DNA of 63,722 nucleotides, the filler included, from Hyphochytrium catenoides (taxonomy: Eukaryota > Protista > Hyphochytriomycota), in the NCBI GenBank assembly GCA_900088475.1. It is 7 parts of 7 records of this genome, joined end to end, with 100 filler letters (N's around TTAATTAATTAA, not from the genome) between each part and the next. Parts side by side here need not be neighbours in the genome. Positions count along the whole stretch, not along the records: positions 62,707 to 63,722 come from FLMG01003264.1; 6 more parts are not named here. The stretch is one strand, 5' to 3'. The position numbers were made by a program, and so were the translations under genes. This document shows, piece after piece, positions 63,692 through 63,722 of the stretch. The first letter of the stretch is position 1, and every line of letters starts with the position of its first letter. The notes below the pieces were generated by a model, which worked only from the letters and a program-made list of their open reading frames with translations, did not search any database and was not told where the DNA came from.

Positions 63692-63722
<31 letters not shown>
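62707..63722. repeat. (GA)n-rich low-complexity region
   Basis: Strongly purine-skewed GA tracts, no protein motif. Confidence 0.9.

Overview
Eukaryotic, intron-rich DNA, probably from a protist. The window is a concatenation of seven contigs joined by artificial N-TTAATTAATTAA-N linkers (10233, 23188, 35035, 57454, 61376, 62651), so adjacency across those linkers is not biological. Most short ORFs in the supplied track are artefacts of (CT)n/(GA)n tracts. Host genes: an intronless hAT-transposase-derived protein with degenerate catalytic motifs, GDT1/TMEM165 with an N-terminal EF-hand, ABITRAM/FAM206A, a Csm1/Pcs1-like protein, an LRR protein, a four-domain voltage-gated cation channel, a two-domain membrane-anchored PDI-family protein, neuroguidin/Lcp5, a PTD/SPO16-like meiotic protein, a two-RRM SR-like protein, and partial regucalcin and TTLL genes. 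Mobile DNA: a non-autonomous hAT element with an 8-bp TSD, a 12-kb nest of decayed Ty1/copia elements with a gypsy fragment, and a gypsy 3' end. Two observations stand out. (1) A 451-bp TRIM-like retroelement (23940-24390) carries a tRNA-like Pol III unit in its LTR, and its primer-binding site is complementary to the 3' end of that same tRNA, making it a candidate retroelement that encodes its own primer. (2) The four-domain channel has a non-canonical A-E-A-D selectivity filter, with lysine following both acidic residues. All gene models and family calls were made by eye from splice signals and remembered motifs, without database searches.
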